Below, one piece after another: positions 37,637 through 47,709 of a stretch of DNA of 64,000 bases (position 1 is its first letter; each line of letters begins with the position of its first letter). The DNA is taken from NCBI GenBank assembly GCA_040772485.1, contig JAXGYC010000009.1, positions 128,001 through 192,000 on the forward strand. The letters are read 5' to 3'. Both the position numbers and the translations under genes were made by a program. Under the pieces are notes generated by a model that worked only from the letters and a program-made list of their open reading frames with translations, had not been told where the DNA came from and searched no databases. This DNA comes from Sedimentisphaerales bacterium. Lineage in GTDB: Bacteria; Planctomycetota; Phycisphaerae; Sedimentisphaerales; Anaerobacaceae.

Positions 37637-39626
37637 GGTGCGTCCTCTGCTTGTCTGTGGGGAATGTGAAGAAGAACGTGCTGCCCTTGCCGACCTCCGA
37701 GGCGAGCCAGACCCTTCCGCCATACTGCTCGACGATCTTCTTGACCAGCGCCAAACCGACGCCCGTACTCTCATACTCATCGCGGGACGCGAGGGTCTGG
37801 AAGATCTTGAAGATCCGGTCGAAGTGCTTCTCCTCGATCCCCGGCCCGTTATCACTGACGCTGAAGGTCCAGGCGTCGGCGTCCTCGGAGCAGGCGACGA
37901 CGACTTCGCCTCTCGGCTTGTCCATGAACTTGACGGCGTTGCTCAGCAGGTTCTGGAAGACCTGGGTGATTCGCGTCTTCTCGCAGTCGATCACCGGCAG
38001 TCGGCCGTCCAGGCGGATCGCGATGTGCTCGGGCGGCGCGATCGCGTCGATGATTTCCGGCAGCAGGGCGTTGAGGTCCACCGGCACCATGTCCTCCGTG
38101 ATGCGGCCAACGCGGCAGTATTGAAGGATTCCCTCGATCAGGTTGTGCATTCGGTCGACCCGGTTCTGTAGCAGATCGAGATTCTCTTTGGCCTCGTCCC
38201 CAAGCTGATCGGCGCAATCCGCGCTTAGCCACTCGGCGAGCATCTTGATGCCCCGCAGCGGCGCCTTCAGATCGTGCGAGACGACGTAGGCGAAGTGCTG
38301 GAGTTCGCGGTTCGTTTCCCCCAGCCGGTGCAACAACAAGGCCTGTTCCTGCTCGGCGCGCCGGCGTTCGGCGACCTCGGTGCCGAGCTTCTCGTTGGCG
38401 GCCATCAGCGTGTGTTCGTGCTGCTGCATCTGCCCGAGCAGGCTATTGAACGTCTCGACGAGGGTGCGCATCTCGCCGTGAAAGACCTGCGGTGCTCGGA
38501 CGGAGTAGTCCCTGCGCTCGGAGATGATGTGGGCCACCTCCGTCAGACGGACGATCGGCGCGCCAATATGGCGCGCCAGGAGCAATCCGCCCAGCAGCGT
38601 CGCGCCGGCCATGAGGACCGAAAACGCCAGCAGGGTCTTGCGCAACCTCGCCGCCGGAGCGAGGACCTCGTCGGCGTCGCAGCCTGCCACGAGCGTCCAC
38701 GGCAGACCCTCGAAGTCGCGATCGCCTTGCGATCGGGCGCAGGCCACGAATGCGGTGATTCCGTCCGGGGTACGGATGATCCTATGGTGGCTCGGGCGCA
38801 GGCGTTCGGGCCCCTCGAACGGTTCGAGAGCCCAGGACGAATCGTCGGCCAAATGAAGAGGACCGACATGGTAGAGAATGTCGCTTGCGCCGCTCAGCAG
38901 ATCGAGAGTCACGCTGCGGTACTCAGAGGCGCTTTTGACGCGATCCATGATGCCCACAATGTCCCGCATGTCCAGAACCGCCTTGATCGTGCCGGCAAAG
39001 GCGTTTTGAGAATCGTGGACGGCCACCGCCAGATCCAACGCGTGGGTGCCTGCGCTTTCGTCGTACGTGATGTCTCCGACGTGCACCCCGTGCTCTCGAG
39101 CGTCCTGCCACCAGGCTTCATCCGCTTGGTTGTAGTCGGACGTCCAGCCGGTTTGGGCGACATTCGCACCGTACTTGTTGGTCACGAAGACCTCGCCATA
39201 CAGGGCGTATCCATAGGCGGCCCGGTAGAAGTCGTCCATCTGGAGCTCGTCTTGCAGCGCGTCGGAGAGTCCCCGATCGGGCAACGCGTGCATCCACGGC
39301 TCCTGAACATGCTTCGGCGCCGATGTCCATCGCGCATCGAGCCGGCGGACGTGGCCAAGAGGATCTGCCATGCGGTCGAATCGGTTGTTGGACTCGGCCA
39401 GTGCCTCCTGGAGCCTCTGCCTTCCGGCGTACATCCGGAGATCATCCAGTCTCCTTTGAATGGCGCGGTCGATCTTGTCCATCGTCTCGACGGCGATGAC
39501 TTCCGATGCACGACGCACCGACTCCCGGAGCGCGCGGTGACTGTGGAAGGCGGCGAACTCGCCGATTACCGCTACCAGGAGCGAGAGGGCCACCGAACTG
39601 AGCACCAGCTTGTGGAATATTGTCAT
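37605..39626 (-). CDS. Sensor histidine kinase (Cache, HAMP, HisKA, HATPase)
   Basis: Two TM segments; SDYNQADEAWW and YDESA Cache motifs; SHDLKAPL, QNLLSNAVK, DNGPG. Confidence 0.92.
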   Translation of the reverse strand: MTIFHKLVLSSVALSLLVAVIGEFAAFHSHRALRESVRRASEVIAVETMDKIDRAIQRRLDDLRMYAGRQRLQEALAESNNRFDRMADPLGHVRRLDARWTSAPKHVQEPWMHALPDRGLSDALQDELQMDDFYRAAYGYALYGEVFVTNKYGANVAQTGWTSDYNQADEAWWQDAREHGVHVGDITYDESAGTHALDLAVAVHDSQNAFAGTIKAVLDMRDIVGIMDRVKSASEYRSVTLDLLSGASDILYHVGPLHLADDSSWALEPFEGPERLRPSHHRIIRTPDGITAFVACARSQGDRDFEGLPWTLVAGCDADEVLAPAARLRKTLLAFSVLMAGATLLGGLLLARHIGAPIVRLTEVAHIISERRDYSVRAPQVFHGEMRTLVETFNSLLGQMQQHEHTLMAANEKLGTEVAERRRAEQEQALLLHRLGETNRELQHFAYVVSHDLKAPLRGIKMLAEWLSADCADQLGDEAKENLDLLQNRVDRMHNLIEGILQYCRVGRITEDMVPVDLNALLPEIIDAIAPPEHIAIRLDGRLPVIDCEKTRITQVFQNLLSNAVKFMDKPRGEVVVACSEDADAWTFSVSDNGPGIEEKHFDRIFKIFQTLASRDEYESTGVGLALVKKIVEQYGGRVWLASEVGKGSTFFFTFPTDKQRTHREKLQTSAVG
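37660..38306. repeat. 647-bp near-identical kinase-core duplication (second copy 39719-40365)
   Basis: Ungapped alignment at offset 2059, roughly 96% identical by eye. Confidence 0.9.
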
Positions 39627-39633
39627 GGGGGTG

Positions 39634-42600
39634 TCAGCCTCCGGTTTCCGGACTCTCGCACGCAAGCGCGTGCCGGCCTTCGGGACTTTCTGATCCAACG
39701 GCTGCCGCTTCGCGCTTCGGGAATGTGAAGAAGAACGTGCTGCCTTGGCCGACCTCGGAGGCGAGCCAGACCCTTCCGCCATACTGCTCGACGATCTTCT
39801 TGACCAGCGCCAGTCCGACGCCCGTGCTCTCATACTCGTCGCGGGACGCAAGGGTCTGGAAGATCTTGAAGATCCGGTCGAAGTGCTTCTCCTCGATCCC
39901 CGGTCCGTTATCACTGACGCTGAAGGTCCAGGCGTCGGCGTCCTCGGAGCAGGCGACGACGACTTCGCCTCTCGGCTTGTCCATGAACTTGACGGCGTTG
40001 CTCAGCAGGTTCTGGAAGACCTGGGTGATTCGCGTCTTCTCGCAGTCGATCACCGGCAGCGGGCCGTCCAGGCGGATCGCGATGTGCTCGGGCGGCGCGA
40101 TCGCATCGATGATTTCCAGCAGCAGGGCGTTGAGGTCCACCGGCACCATGTCCTCGGTGATGCGGCCGATGCGCGAGTACTGAAGCACGCCTTCGATCAG
40201 GTTGTGCATTCGGTCGACCCGGTTCTGTAGCAGATCGAGATTCTCTTTGGCCTCGTCCCCAAGCTGATCGGCGCAATCCGCGCTTAGCCACTCGGCGAGC
40301 ATCTTGATGCCCCGCAGTGGCGCCTTCAGATCGTGCGAGACGACGTAGGCGAAGTGCTGGAGTTCTTCGTTGATGGCCGCGACCTGGCGCAGGAGTTCAT
40401 CCTGTTTCTGCCGGCTGCGGAACGACTCCGTGACATCCCGGAAGCTCCAGACCAGGCCGACGATTCGCTCGCCCAGCACCTGAGGCTTCGCGCAGTACTC
40501 GACCACCCGGCCGTCTTTGAAGTGAAGGGTCCCGTGGCCTTCCTGTCCCGGCCGGCGGTACAGCATTCTGAGCGTGGTCACAAACACATCGGGGTCTTTC
40601 AGTTGAGGCAAAGCGGCGGCCAGGGCGTGTTGGTCGTCCATCGTTTCGAGGACATTGCTCGACAGCCGCCAGATCGCCTTGAATTGCTCGTTGAAGTCCT
40701 TGATCTTGCCCAAGCCGTCCACGACGAGGATCCCGTCGGCGGTCGACTCCAGCGTCGCTTTCAGCAGAGAGAGAGACTCCTTCAGCTGGGTCTCGGCTCG
40801 GTTGCGCTTGGTCACGTCCCAGACGATGGAGATCATCATCGACCGGCCCGGAAGAAACGCGTTCTTGGCGCTGATGAAGGTCGTTTCCTGCCCTTGGCGT
40901 GTGATCGGAATGTCGTCCCAGTGCATTCGCTCCGGGTTGCCGCTGGCGCAATCCTCGAGGACTCGGCGTCGCACTTCACGGCGACGATCCGGATCCTCGT
41001 ACACCGCCTCCCAGAACCCGTCCGAGCGCGCCAACACCTCCCGGGTGGTCCGGTAGAACCGGGGGAAGTTGTCGTTCATGTACTCGAACCGCACGACGGG
41101 GTCCATCGAGCCGACGGCGACGCCGATGGGGATGTTGTCGAGCACCGCCGTGATGAAGGCTTCATGTCTGTGCAGTTCCTCCTCCGCCCGTTTGCGCTCG
41201 GTGACGTCTTCCAGAGTCTCCATGGCGCCCACGATGCGGTTCTGGTCGTCACGGATGACGGCCGCGGTGAAGTGGAGCCACCGCCCGTCCCGACCTATTC
41301 CCGGGAAGAATGTGCTGGCTTCGTACGCCTCGCCGATCAACTCAGACTTGCGAGAGTCATCCGGGTACCACTGGGCAATCGTATCGACAGCACCGCTGAC
41401 GAGCAGGTCGGCCATGCAGGGCCTCTCCGAGGCGTAGAAGGCCCGCCAGTGGTTGCGTGTCCCAATGACCTCGTCGGCGGTGATCCCGCTGAGTCGTTCG
41501 AGCGCCCGATTCCAGTGGGTGACGCGACGGTCCGCATCGATGAGGAAGGTGGGAATGGGGGACTGTTCGACAATGCGTGCCAGTTGCTGCCTGCTGGCGT
41601 GCAGGGACATCTCGGACTGACGTCGCTGGCGGATGTCCGTGTGGATGAGCACGGCGATCCCGACCAGAAGCAGGACGCACAGGCCGCACGAGGCCAGCAT
41701 ATAGCGCCAGATTCTCGTGCGCGCCTGGGCATAGGATGCACCGACGGGTATGGCGGCCAGATCGAGCGAGACTTCGCCGACCGAACGGCCGAAGCCCGCA
41801 GTGGCGCCGTAGCGTTCGAGCACGGCGGCCGGGGCATCCTCCGGCCGACCGTGGCATTGCAGGCATGAGGAATCGAACCGACGGGCGATCGCATAGACGG
41901 AATGTTCCGGTCCGCCTTCGAAGAACTGCATGGTGCCCGACCACGTGTCGGTTTTCGGATGCTGCTCGAAGTATCGAATCAGCGCCTCCTCCGCAGGCGT
42001 GGCCTGGTTGGCGGGATTGCGCGGGTGGGTCGAAGCGAAACGCAGGATGCTGTCGGGGAAGGTCTCTCGGACGTCATCGAAGACGCGTCGGGAAATGAAC
42101 GGAGCAGACATGGTCTCGAGGGTGAGATCTCCGGGCTCGATGCGTTTCTCCATTTCCGGCCGGATGTGTTTGCCCACGCAGTCACGTAGCGCCGCGTCGA
42201 ACTCAACCGCCAGGCGGGCCTGCTGGTCCGCACTGCGGCGAATCTGGGAATGGGTCCAGTGCCAGCTCTGAAGGAGAACCACCACCAGGAAGATCACGGC
42301 CAAGGCTCCCATGCCGAGCAACAGGCCGGTGCTGGCATATTGATGCGCTCTGGGACCGACGTCATTTCGATCCGCGTCGTGTGCGGTCGCCGCCTTCGGG
42401 CTGAGGCGGTCTGCGATCAGGCGGCGTCGCCATCGGAGGATTCCCGTCACGCCGCCGAGCACGACCAGGCCCGTGGCCATCGTGGCGCCCATAGCATTGC
42501 GGCCGGCGCTGGCCGTAGCGGCGAGCCAGTCGTCGGCTACGATGTCCATCCCGACGGCCATGAGCACCCGGCCCGTGTCCGGATCGAGGACCGGCGCGAG

Positions 42601-43062
42601 AGCGGAGACGAAGGTGCCGTACTCATCCTCCGTCGGCCCGATGGTCACCGGCTCGCCGGTGGTGAAGATCGCGACGTCTGCGGGAGAAGGCTGTTCGTAC
42701 ACCGTCCCCGGCGGGCTGGCCATCGGGTCGTCCTGACGGTAGTTCTCCGGCCCGAAGATCAGGGTCCCATCACGCATCGCCAGGCTGTAGAGGCCCCGGC
42801 AGGGCAGGTATTGGCCGAAGGCGATCATCTGATGCCGGATGTGCTCGAAGGCCGGCGTGCCGGCGTCGGCCTGGGTGAACGAAAGCTCCTGGACCCGTTC
42901 CGCTCGGAAGGTGCGGGCGATGCTGACCACTTGCCTCAACAGGCGCTGGCGCATGTCGACGTCGGTGCGCTTGGCATACCATCGGCCGGCCCCCCAGCCG
43001 ATGCCCGACAGCACGAGGGCCGCCAGGCACAGTCTTTTGAGTGTGTGATTCCTCATGTTCAC
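39634..43062 (-). CDS. Sensor histidine kinase with periplasmic Cache-like and heme-c (DUF3365-like) domains and three PAS domains
   Basis: EDEYGTFVSA; PRNPANQA and CLQCH; three PAS segments; SHDLKAPL. Confidence 0.9.
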   Translation of the reverse strand: MNMRNHTLKRLCLAALVLSGIGWGAGRWYAKRTDVDMRQRLLRQVVSIARTFRAERVQELSFTQADAGTPAFEHIRHQMIAFGQYLPCRGLYSLAMRDGTLIFGPENYRQDDPMASPPGTVYEQPSPADVAIFTTGEPVTIGPTEDEYGTFVSALAPVLDPDTGRVLMAVGMDIVADDWLAATASAGRNAMGATMATGLVVLGGVTGILRWRRRLIADRLSPKAATAHDADRNDVGPRAHQYASTGLLLGMGALAVIFLVVVLLQSWHWTHSQIRRSADQQARLAVEFDAALRDCVGKHIRPEMEKRIEPGDLTLETMSAPFISRRVFDDVRETFPDSILRFASTHPRNPANQATPAEEALIRYFEQHPKTDTWSGTMQFFEGGPEHSVYAIARRFDSSCLQCHGRPEDAPAAVLERYGATAGFGRSVGEVSLDLAAIPVGASYAQARTRIWRYMLASCGLCVLLLVGIAVLIHTDIRQRRQSEMSLHASRQQLARIVEQSPIPTFLIDADRRVTHWNRALERLSGITADEVIGTRNHWRAFYASERPCMADLLVSGAVDTIAQWYPDDSRKSELIGEAYEASTFFPGIGRDGRWLHFTAAVIRDDQNRIVGAMETLEDVTERKRAEEELHRHEAFITAVLDNIPIGVAVGSMDPVVRFEYMNDNFPRFYRTTREVLARSDGFWEAVYEDPDRRREVRRRVLEDCASGNPERMHWDDIPITRQGQETTFISAKNAFLPGRSMMISIVWDVTKRNRAETQLKESLSLLKATLESTADGILVVDGLGKIKDFNEQFKAIWRLSSNVLETMDDQHALAAALPQLKDPDVFVTTLRMLYRRPGQEGHGTLHFKDGRVVEYCAKPQVLGERIVGLVWSFRDVTESFRSRQKQDELLRQVAAINEELQHFAYVVSHDLKAPLRGIKMLAEWLSADCADQLGDEAKENLDLLQNRVDRMHNLIEGVLQYSRIGRITEDMVPVDLNALLLEIIDAIAPPEHIAIRLDGPLPVIDCEKTRITQVFQNLLSNAVKFMDKPRGEVVVACSEDADAWTFSVSDNGPGIEEKHFDRIFKIFQTLASRDEYESTGVGLALVKKIVEQYGGRVWLASEVGQGSTFFFTFPKREAAAVGSESPEGRHALACESPETGG

Positions 43063-43098
43063 GGCCTTCTCAGTCGATCCACGTATTCCTGCGAGTTT

Positions 43099-44724
43099 CT
43101 AACGGCACGATTTCAGCTCTCCAGCGGCCGGTTCGGTCGCCGCCGTCCGGTGCTTGGGGAAGGTGAAAAAGAACGTGCTTCCTTTGCCGACCTCGGAGAC
43201 GACCCAGATCCGTCCGCCGCTGTGTTCCACGATCTTCTTGACCAGAGCCAGTCCGACGCCCGTGCTCTCGAACTGGTCGCGCGGCGCCAGCGTCTGAAAG
43301 ATCTTGAAGATCCGGTCGAAGTATTTCTCTTCGATCCCGGGTCCGTTGTCGCTGACGCTGAAGGTCCATGCGTCGGCGTCTTCGGAACAGGCGACGACGA
43401 CTTCGCCCGCCGGTTTGTCCATGTACTTGACGGCGTTGCTCAGCAGGTTCTGGAAGACCTGGGTGATCCGGGTCTTCTCGCACTCGATCACCGGCAGCCG
43501 GCCTTCGACGCGGACGGCGATGTGCGCCGGCGGTGCGATCAGGTCGATGATGCCGGGCAGCAGGGCGTCGAGGTCCACCGAGACCACGTCCTCGGTGATG
43601 CGTCCGACGCGGGAGTAATGAAGAACCCCGTCGATCAGATCGTGCATCCTCTGCACGCGGCTCTGGAGCAGGTCGAGGTTCTCTCGGGCCTGGTCTCCGA
43701 GTCGGTCGCGGTAGTCGGTGCACAACCACTCCGTGAGCAGCTTGATGCCCCGCAGCGGCGCCTTCAGGTCGTGCGAGACGACGTAAGCGAAATGCGAGAG
43801 TTCTTCGTTGACGTCCGCCACCTGATGCAGGAGTTGCGTCTGCCTCTGCCGGCTGTAAAACGCCTCGGTGACATCGCGGAAGCTCCAGACGCGTCCGGTG
43901 ATTCGATCTCCCACGGACTGCGGCTTGGAGTAATACTCGACCACGCGGCCGTCCTTGAAGTGGAGCGTGCCGTTGCCTTCCTCCTCCGGCCGACTGTAGA
44001 GCCCTCGGACCCGGGCTACGAACGCCTCGGGGTCTGTCAGCAGAGGCGTGGCCGCCGCCAGGGCCGCGTCGTCGTCACGCGTCTCGAGGACCGCGTCAGG
44101 CAGGCGCCACAGTTGTTTGAACGGCTCATTGAAGTTTTTGATCTTGCCCAGACCATCGACGACGAGAATGCCGTCGGCGGTCGATTCCAGCGTGGCTTCG
44201 AGCAGGGACAGCGATTCCTTGACGTCCTCTTCCGCGCGCCAGCGTTCCACGACCTGCGTCTGCAATTCGTCATTTCTCTGTGTCAGCTCGGCCGTACGCT
44301 CCCGAACGGTCGATTCGAGCTGATCGCGCGACTCTCGGAGTTTGCGCGCCATGTCGTTCAGCGCGGTCGCCAGTCGGGCGAGTTCATCGTCGCCGGCGAC
44401 AGCGATGTGGGTATCGAGCCGGCCGAGCCCGATCTGCGCCGCTGCCGCCAGAAGACGTTGAAGAGGTCGCGTGATCGTGCGGGCCAGCCAAACGGCTGCG
44501 AGGGCCGCTATCGGCATGGTGGCCAGAGCCAGCCCCGCCTGAATGCGCCAGATGTGCCGGGCAACATGCCGCGCCGTCTCTTCGGTCAGTCCCTCTTGGG
44601 CGAGGGCGGCGCCGAGGAGGGGATGTGACACGACCGCGGTCGAGATCGCGACCAGCGCGATGGCCAGAAGGAACACGGTCATGATCCTGTTCCGCAGACT
44701 GGATGTGCGTGTCGTATCGGCCAT
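43099..44724 (-). CDS. Sensor histidine kinase (HAMP, PAS, HisKA, HATPase)
   Basis: Two TM segments with a short loop, ITRPL..DELARL HAMP, ESTADGILVVD PAS, SHDLKAPL. Confidence 0.92.
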   Translation of the reverse strand: MADTTRTSSLRNRIMTVFLLAIALVAISTAVVSHPLLGAALAQEGLTEETARHVARHIWRIQAGLALATMPIAALAAVWLARTITRPLQRLLAAAAQIGLGRLDTHIAVAGDDELARLATALNDMARKLRESRDQLESTVRERTAELTQRNDELQTQVVERWRAEEDVKESLSLLEATLESTADGILVVDGLGKIKNFNEPFKQLWRLPDAVLETRDDDAALAAATPLLTDPEAFVARVRGLYSRPEEEGNGTLHFKDGRVVEYYSKPQSVGDRITGRVWSFRDVTEAFYSRQRQTQLLHQVADVNEELSHFAYVVSHDLKAPLRGIKLLTEWLCTDYRDRLGDQARENLDLLQSRVQRMHDLIDGVLHYSRVGRITEDVVSVDLDALLPGIIDLIAPPAHIAVRVEGRLPVIECEKTRITQVFQNLLSNAVKYMDKPAGEVVVACSEDADAWTFSVSDNGPGIEEKYFDRIFKIFQTLAPRDQFESTGVGLALVKKIVEHSGGRIWVVSEVGKGSTFFFTFPKHRTAATEPAAGELKSCR

Positions 44725-44822
44725 GATTTCAAATCCTTCTCGTTCCCGGATTCCGCCGATCGCAGAGATCCGATCTTGTAACGTTGCCCCTCGGGGGCAG
44801 TTCTCGTCGGCCGCGCCGATGG

Positions 44823-46979
44823 TCAATTCTGCACATTCATCGACCTCGAACTCTGCGCGGATGCGACGTTGAGTTTCGGCAAGGTGAAGAAGAAGGTCGA
44901 GCCCTCGCCGACGGTGGATTCGACCCAGACGGTGCCTCCGTGCAGTTCGATGATCTTCTTGACAACGGCCAGGCCGATTCCGGTGCTCTCCAGCTCATCG
45001 CGGCGTGCGAGCGTCTGGAACATCTCGAAGATCTTCCCGAAGTATTTCTGGTCAATGCCCGGCCCGTTGTCGGCGACGCTGAAGGTCCAGTATTGCTCCT
45101 GCTCGAAACAGCCGATGCGAATGATTCCCTGCGCCTTGTCCATGTATTTGACCGCGTTGCTGATCAGATTCTGAAAGACCTGGATCAGCCGGACCCTCTC
45201 GGAGATCACGACCGGCAGGGTATCCTCGATCGTGACCCGGATGGTCGGCGGCGGAGCCACCTGGGCGATGACCTCCGGAACCAGCACGCGGAGGTCCACG
45301 CGTTCGAGACACTTGGCGGTCCTTCCGATCTCCGAGTAGTGCAGGATGCTGTCGATCAGCTCGCTCATCCGCGAGACGCGGCCCTTGAGCAGATGCAGTT
45401 GCTCCTGGCCCTGCGAGTCGAGCTTGTCGGCATAATCGCTGGTGATCCAGTCGGCCAGCGTGCCGATGCCGCGCAGGGGCGCCTTGAGGTCATGCGCGGT
45501 GACGTAGGCAAAATCCTGAAGCTCCTTGTTGGAGCGTCGCAGTTCGCGGACCGTCTCGGCGAGGTGCTCGTTGACACTGGCCAGGGCGCGCTCCGCCTTG
45601 CGCCGCTCGCTGGCCTCCATCTGGAGCGCGATCATGTCGGCCAGGGACGCCGCAAAATCCTGTTCCTCCAGGGACCACTCGCGCGGCGCTCCGACGTGTT
45701 CGTGACAGACCACGCCGATGGTCTTGCCGTGCAGGCGAATGGGCACGTCCATCAGAGAGCCGATACCCAGGGGTTCGAGATAACTGTCGAGGAGCTCTCG
45801 CGTCCGCGGATCCTGCCGGACGTCGTTGGCGGCCATGATGCGACTGTTCTCAATCGCTTGGAAGTAGCTCGGGTAGTCACCCGTGGCGATACGGTGCCCG
45901 CTCTTGTGGGTGTTGTCGTCCCTGCGGAAAAGGTCCTCGCACACGAGATACGTCTGACCTTCGTCGAGGAACCAGACCGAGACCCGGTCGATGCCGAGCG
46001 TCGCAGCCGCTTCCTCCGTGGTCGTGCGGATCACGGACACCACGTCTTCGTTGCTGTGCTTGCTCAGTTTGACGAGCGTTCTCTGATGGTGCACGATCCG
46101 CTCGGCCCGTTGCTTGAGCACTTGTTCGGCCCGCTTTCGGAAGGCCACCTCGCGGAGGAGCTTCTCGTTGGCCGTCGTCAGCTCCATCGTGCGCTCGGCC
46201 ACACGGGTCTCCAGTTGCTCGTTGGCCTCGACCAGGGCGGAATCGCGCTGCTGAATCTGTTCGAGCATCTCGTTGAAGGCCTCGACCAGCAGACCCACTT
46301 CATCGGTTCCGTGGGGCTCGGCACGAACGGTGTACTGTTTCTTCTCCGACACGAAGTTGGCCAGGCAGGCCAGCGCCAGAATGGGCGACGAGATGGCCCC
46401 TTGCAGTCGGGAGGAGAGCAGATACGCCCCCAGAGAGGCGACCAGGACGATGCCGATCATGATGATGATGCCATGCCGGAGCTGCGCGTGTACGGGACCG
46501 AGACTGCTGGCGATGCAGATCGTGCCGACGTGTTCATCGTCGAGCTGAATGGGTCTGGCCAGGATCAGCAGTCCGTCTCGAAACACGTGGCGGTCGGGCA
46601 ATTGCTCATGCCGTGGGACGACAACCGTGTGGTCGCGCCGATACACCGCGAGAAGCCGGCCCGTGCTGGTGTACAGACAGGTCGTTCGGATGGATGGGAT
46701 CGACTTCATCGCGCCGAGGACCTCGTTGGCGTCGGCGGTATCCTCGAAGGCCAGCGCCGCCTTGCAGTTGTCCGCCAGGATATCGGCATGGGTGGACAGG
46801 TCGCGGACCATAGCGCGCCGCAGGCTGGTCCATTCCCACGCGGTGAACACGCCGCCGGCCAGCAGGAGGGCGCCCACGCTCGTCGTCATGATGATGGCTA
46901 TGAGCTTGTGCCGGAGCGACAGGCCCCGCATCCACGATTGTGCCATGCCTTCCACACGGTCTTTCTCAGTTGTCGGCAT
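44823..46979 (-). CDS. Sensor histidine kinase (CHASE8-like, HAMP, GAF, HisKA, HATPase)
   Basis: ILADNCKAALAFED sensor as in YfiN-type proteins; GAF SLMDVPI..GVVCHEH; AHDLKAPL. Confidence 0.92.
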   Translation of the reverse strand: MPTTEKDRVEGMAQSWMRGLSLRHKLIAIIMTTSVGALLLAGGVFTAWEWTSLRRAMVRDLSTHADILADNCKAALAFEDTADANEVLGAMKSIPSIRTTCLYTSTGRLLAVYRRDHTVVVPRHEQLPDRHVFRDGLLILARPIQLDDEHVGTICIASSLGPVHAQLRHGIIIMIGIVLVASLGAYLLSSRLQGAISSPILALACLANFVSEKKQYTVRAEPHGTDEVGLLVEAFNEMLEQIQQRDSALVEANEQLETRVAERTMELTTANEKLLREVAFRKRAEQVLKQRAERIVHHQRTLVKLSKHSNEDVVSVIRTTTEEAAATLGIDRVSVWFLDEGQTYLVCEDLFRRDDNTHKSGHRIATGDYPSYFQAIENSRIMAANDVRQDPRTRELLDSYLEPLGIGSLMDVPIRLHGKTIGVVCHEHVGAPREWSLEEQDFAASLADMIALQMEASERRKAERALASVNEHLAETVRELRRSNKELQDFAYVTAHDLKAPLRGIGTLADWITSDYADKLDSQGQEQLHLLKGRVSRMSELIDSILHYSEIGRTAKCLERVDLRVLVPEVIAQVAPPPTIRVTIEDTLPVVISERVRLIQVFQNLISNAVKYMDKAQGIIRIGCFEQEQYWTFSVADNGPGIDQKYFGKIFEMFQTLARRDELESTGIGLAVVKKIIELHGGTVWVESTVGEGSTFFFTLPKLNVASAQSSRSMNVQN

Positions 46980-47634
46980 TGTCTCCCTCGTCGTTTGATT
47001 CTCCCAGGGCATCGCTCTTGACGACGCGCTTGGCCAGTCGGAGCATCTGGGATCGGATTCGCAGCTTGGCGCGCCGCACCGCGGCCGTGTTGATTTCGAA
47101 GCACACTTTCTTGTCCTCGATCAGGAAATTGACGATCCCGCCGGCCTCCAGGAATCCGGGCGCATCGGCGACCGTCAGCACGCTGTGTTTGCGGAGGGGC
47201 CGCAGAAGCACCGCGAAGTGTTCGGCCTCGGATCGACAGAGGAACAGTACGTGACAGTTCTGGATCCGCTCGAATCGCGGATGCCGGGAGGGCAGATGTC
47301 CCTCGGCGTCCGCAAAGGCGTCGAGACCGTCGAATCGACGGATCACCACGCGCCGATCCCGGACGAGCCTGTTCTGAAGAGGCTCGAAGGCGTTCCCGAA
47401 GGGGTCCTTGCCGAGGATGCCGATGACCATGGGCTGGTTGGGATCGTTCTTCTTCGCTTCCGCGGACGGCGGTTCGAACCGTTCACCGTCCACGAACAGG
47501 ATGAAGTTATAGAGGAACGCCGCCTTGAGCTGGTACTCCTGGGCGGCCGGCGAATCCGCGCGGACCGCGAGCGATGCGCCGCAGACCAGCGCACAGCCTG
47601 CCAGGAGCCACAAGATGAAACCTCGGATTCTCAT
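46966..47634 (-). CDS. YfiR family (DUF4154) periplasmic protein
   Basis: EYQLKAAFLYNF, IGILGKDPFG, VLTVAD, GGIVNF, FEIN, SQMLRLA. Confidence 0.93.
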   Translation of the reverse strand: MRIRGFILWLLAGCALVCGASLAVRADSPAAQEYQLKAAFLYNFILFVDGERFEPPSAEAKKNDPNQPMVIGILGKDPFGNAFEPLQNRLVRDRRVVIRRFDGLDAFADAEGHLPSRHPRFERIQNCHVLFLCRSEAEHFAVLLRPLRKHSVLTVADAPGFLEAGGIVNFLIEDKKVCFEINTAAVRRAKLRIRSQMLRLAKRVVKSDALGESNDEGDNADN

Positions 47635-47709
47635 GGCGTTCTCATCGGTCGTCCCAACGCGGTTTTCGTCATCTGTTAGTCCTCTCGGGCGTCCGGGGTC
47701 GGCGGCGTC

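Noticed and set aside
37637..39914. Near-identical MIT(G/D)RGSRRSTST N-terminal extensions on two ORFs
   Set aside because: Alternative-frame read-through of the duplicated kinase cores; the real starts are 37636 and 39626
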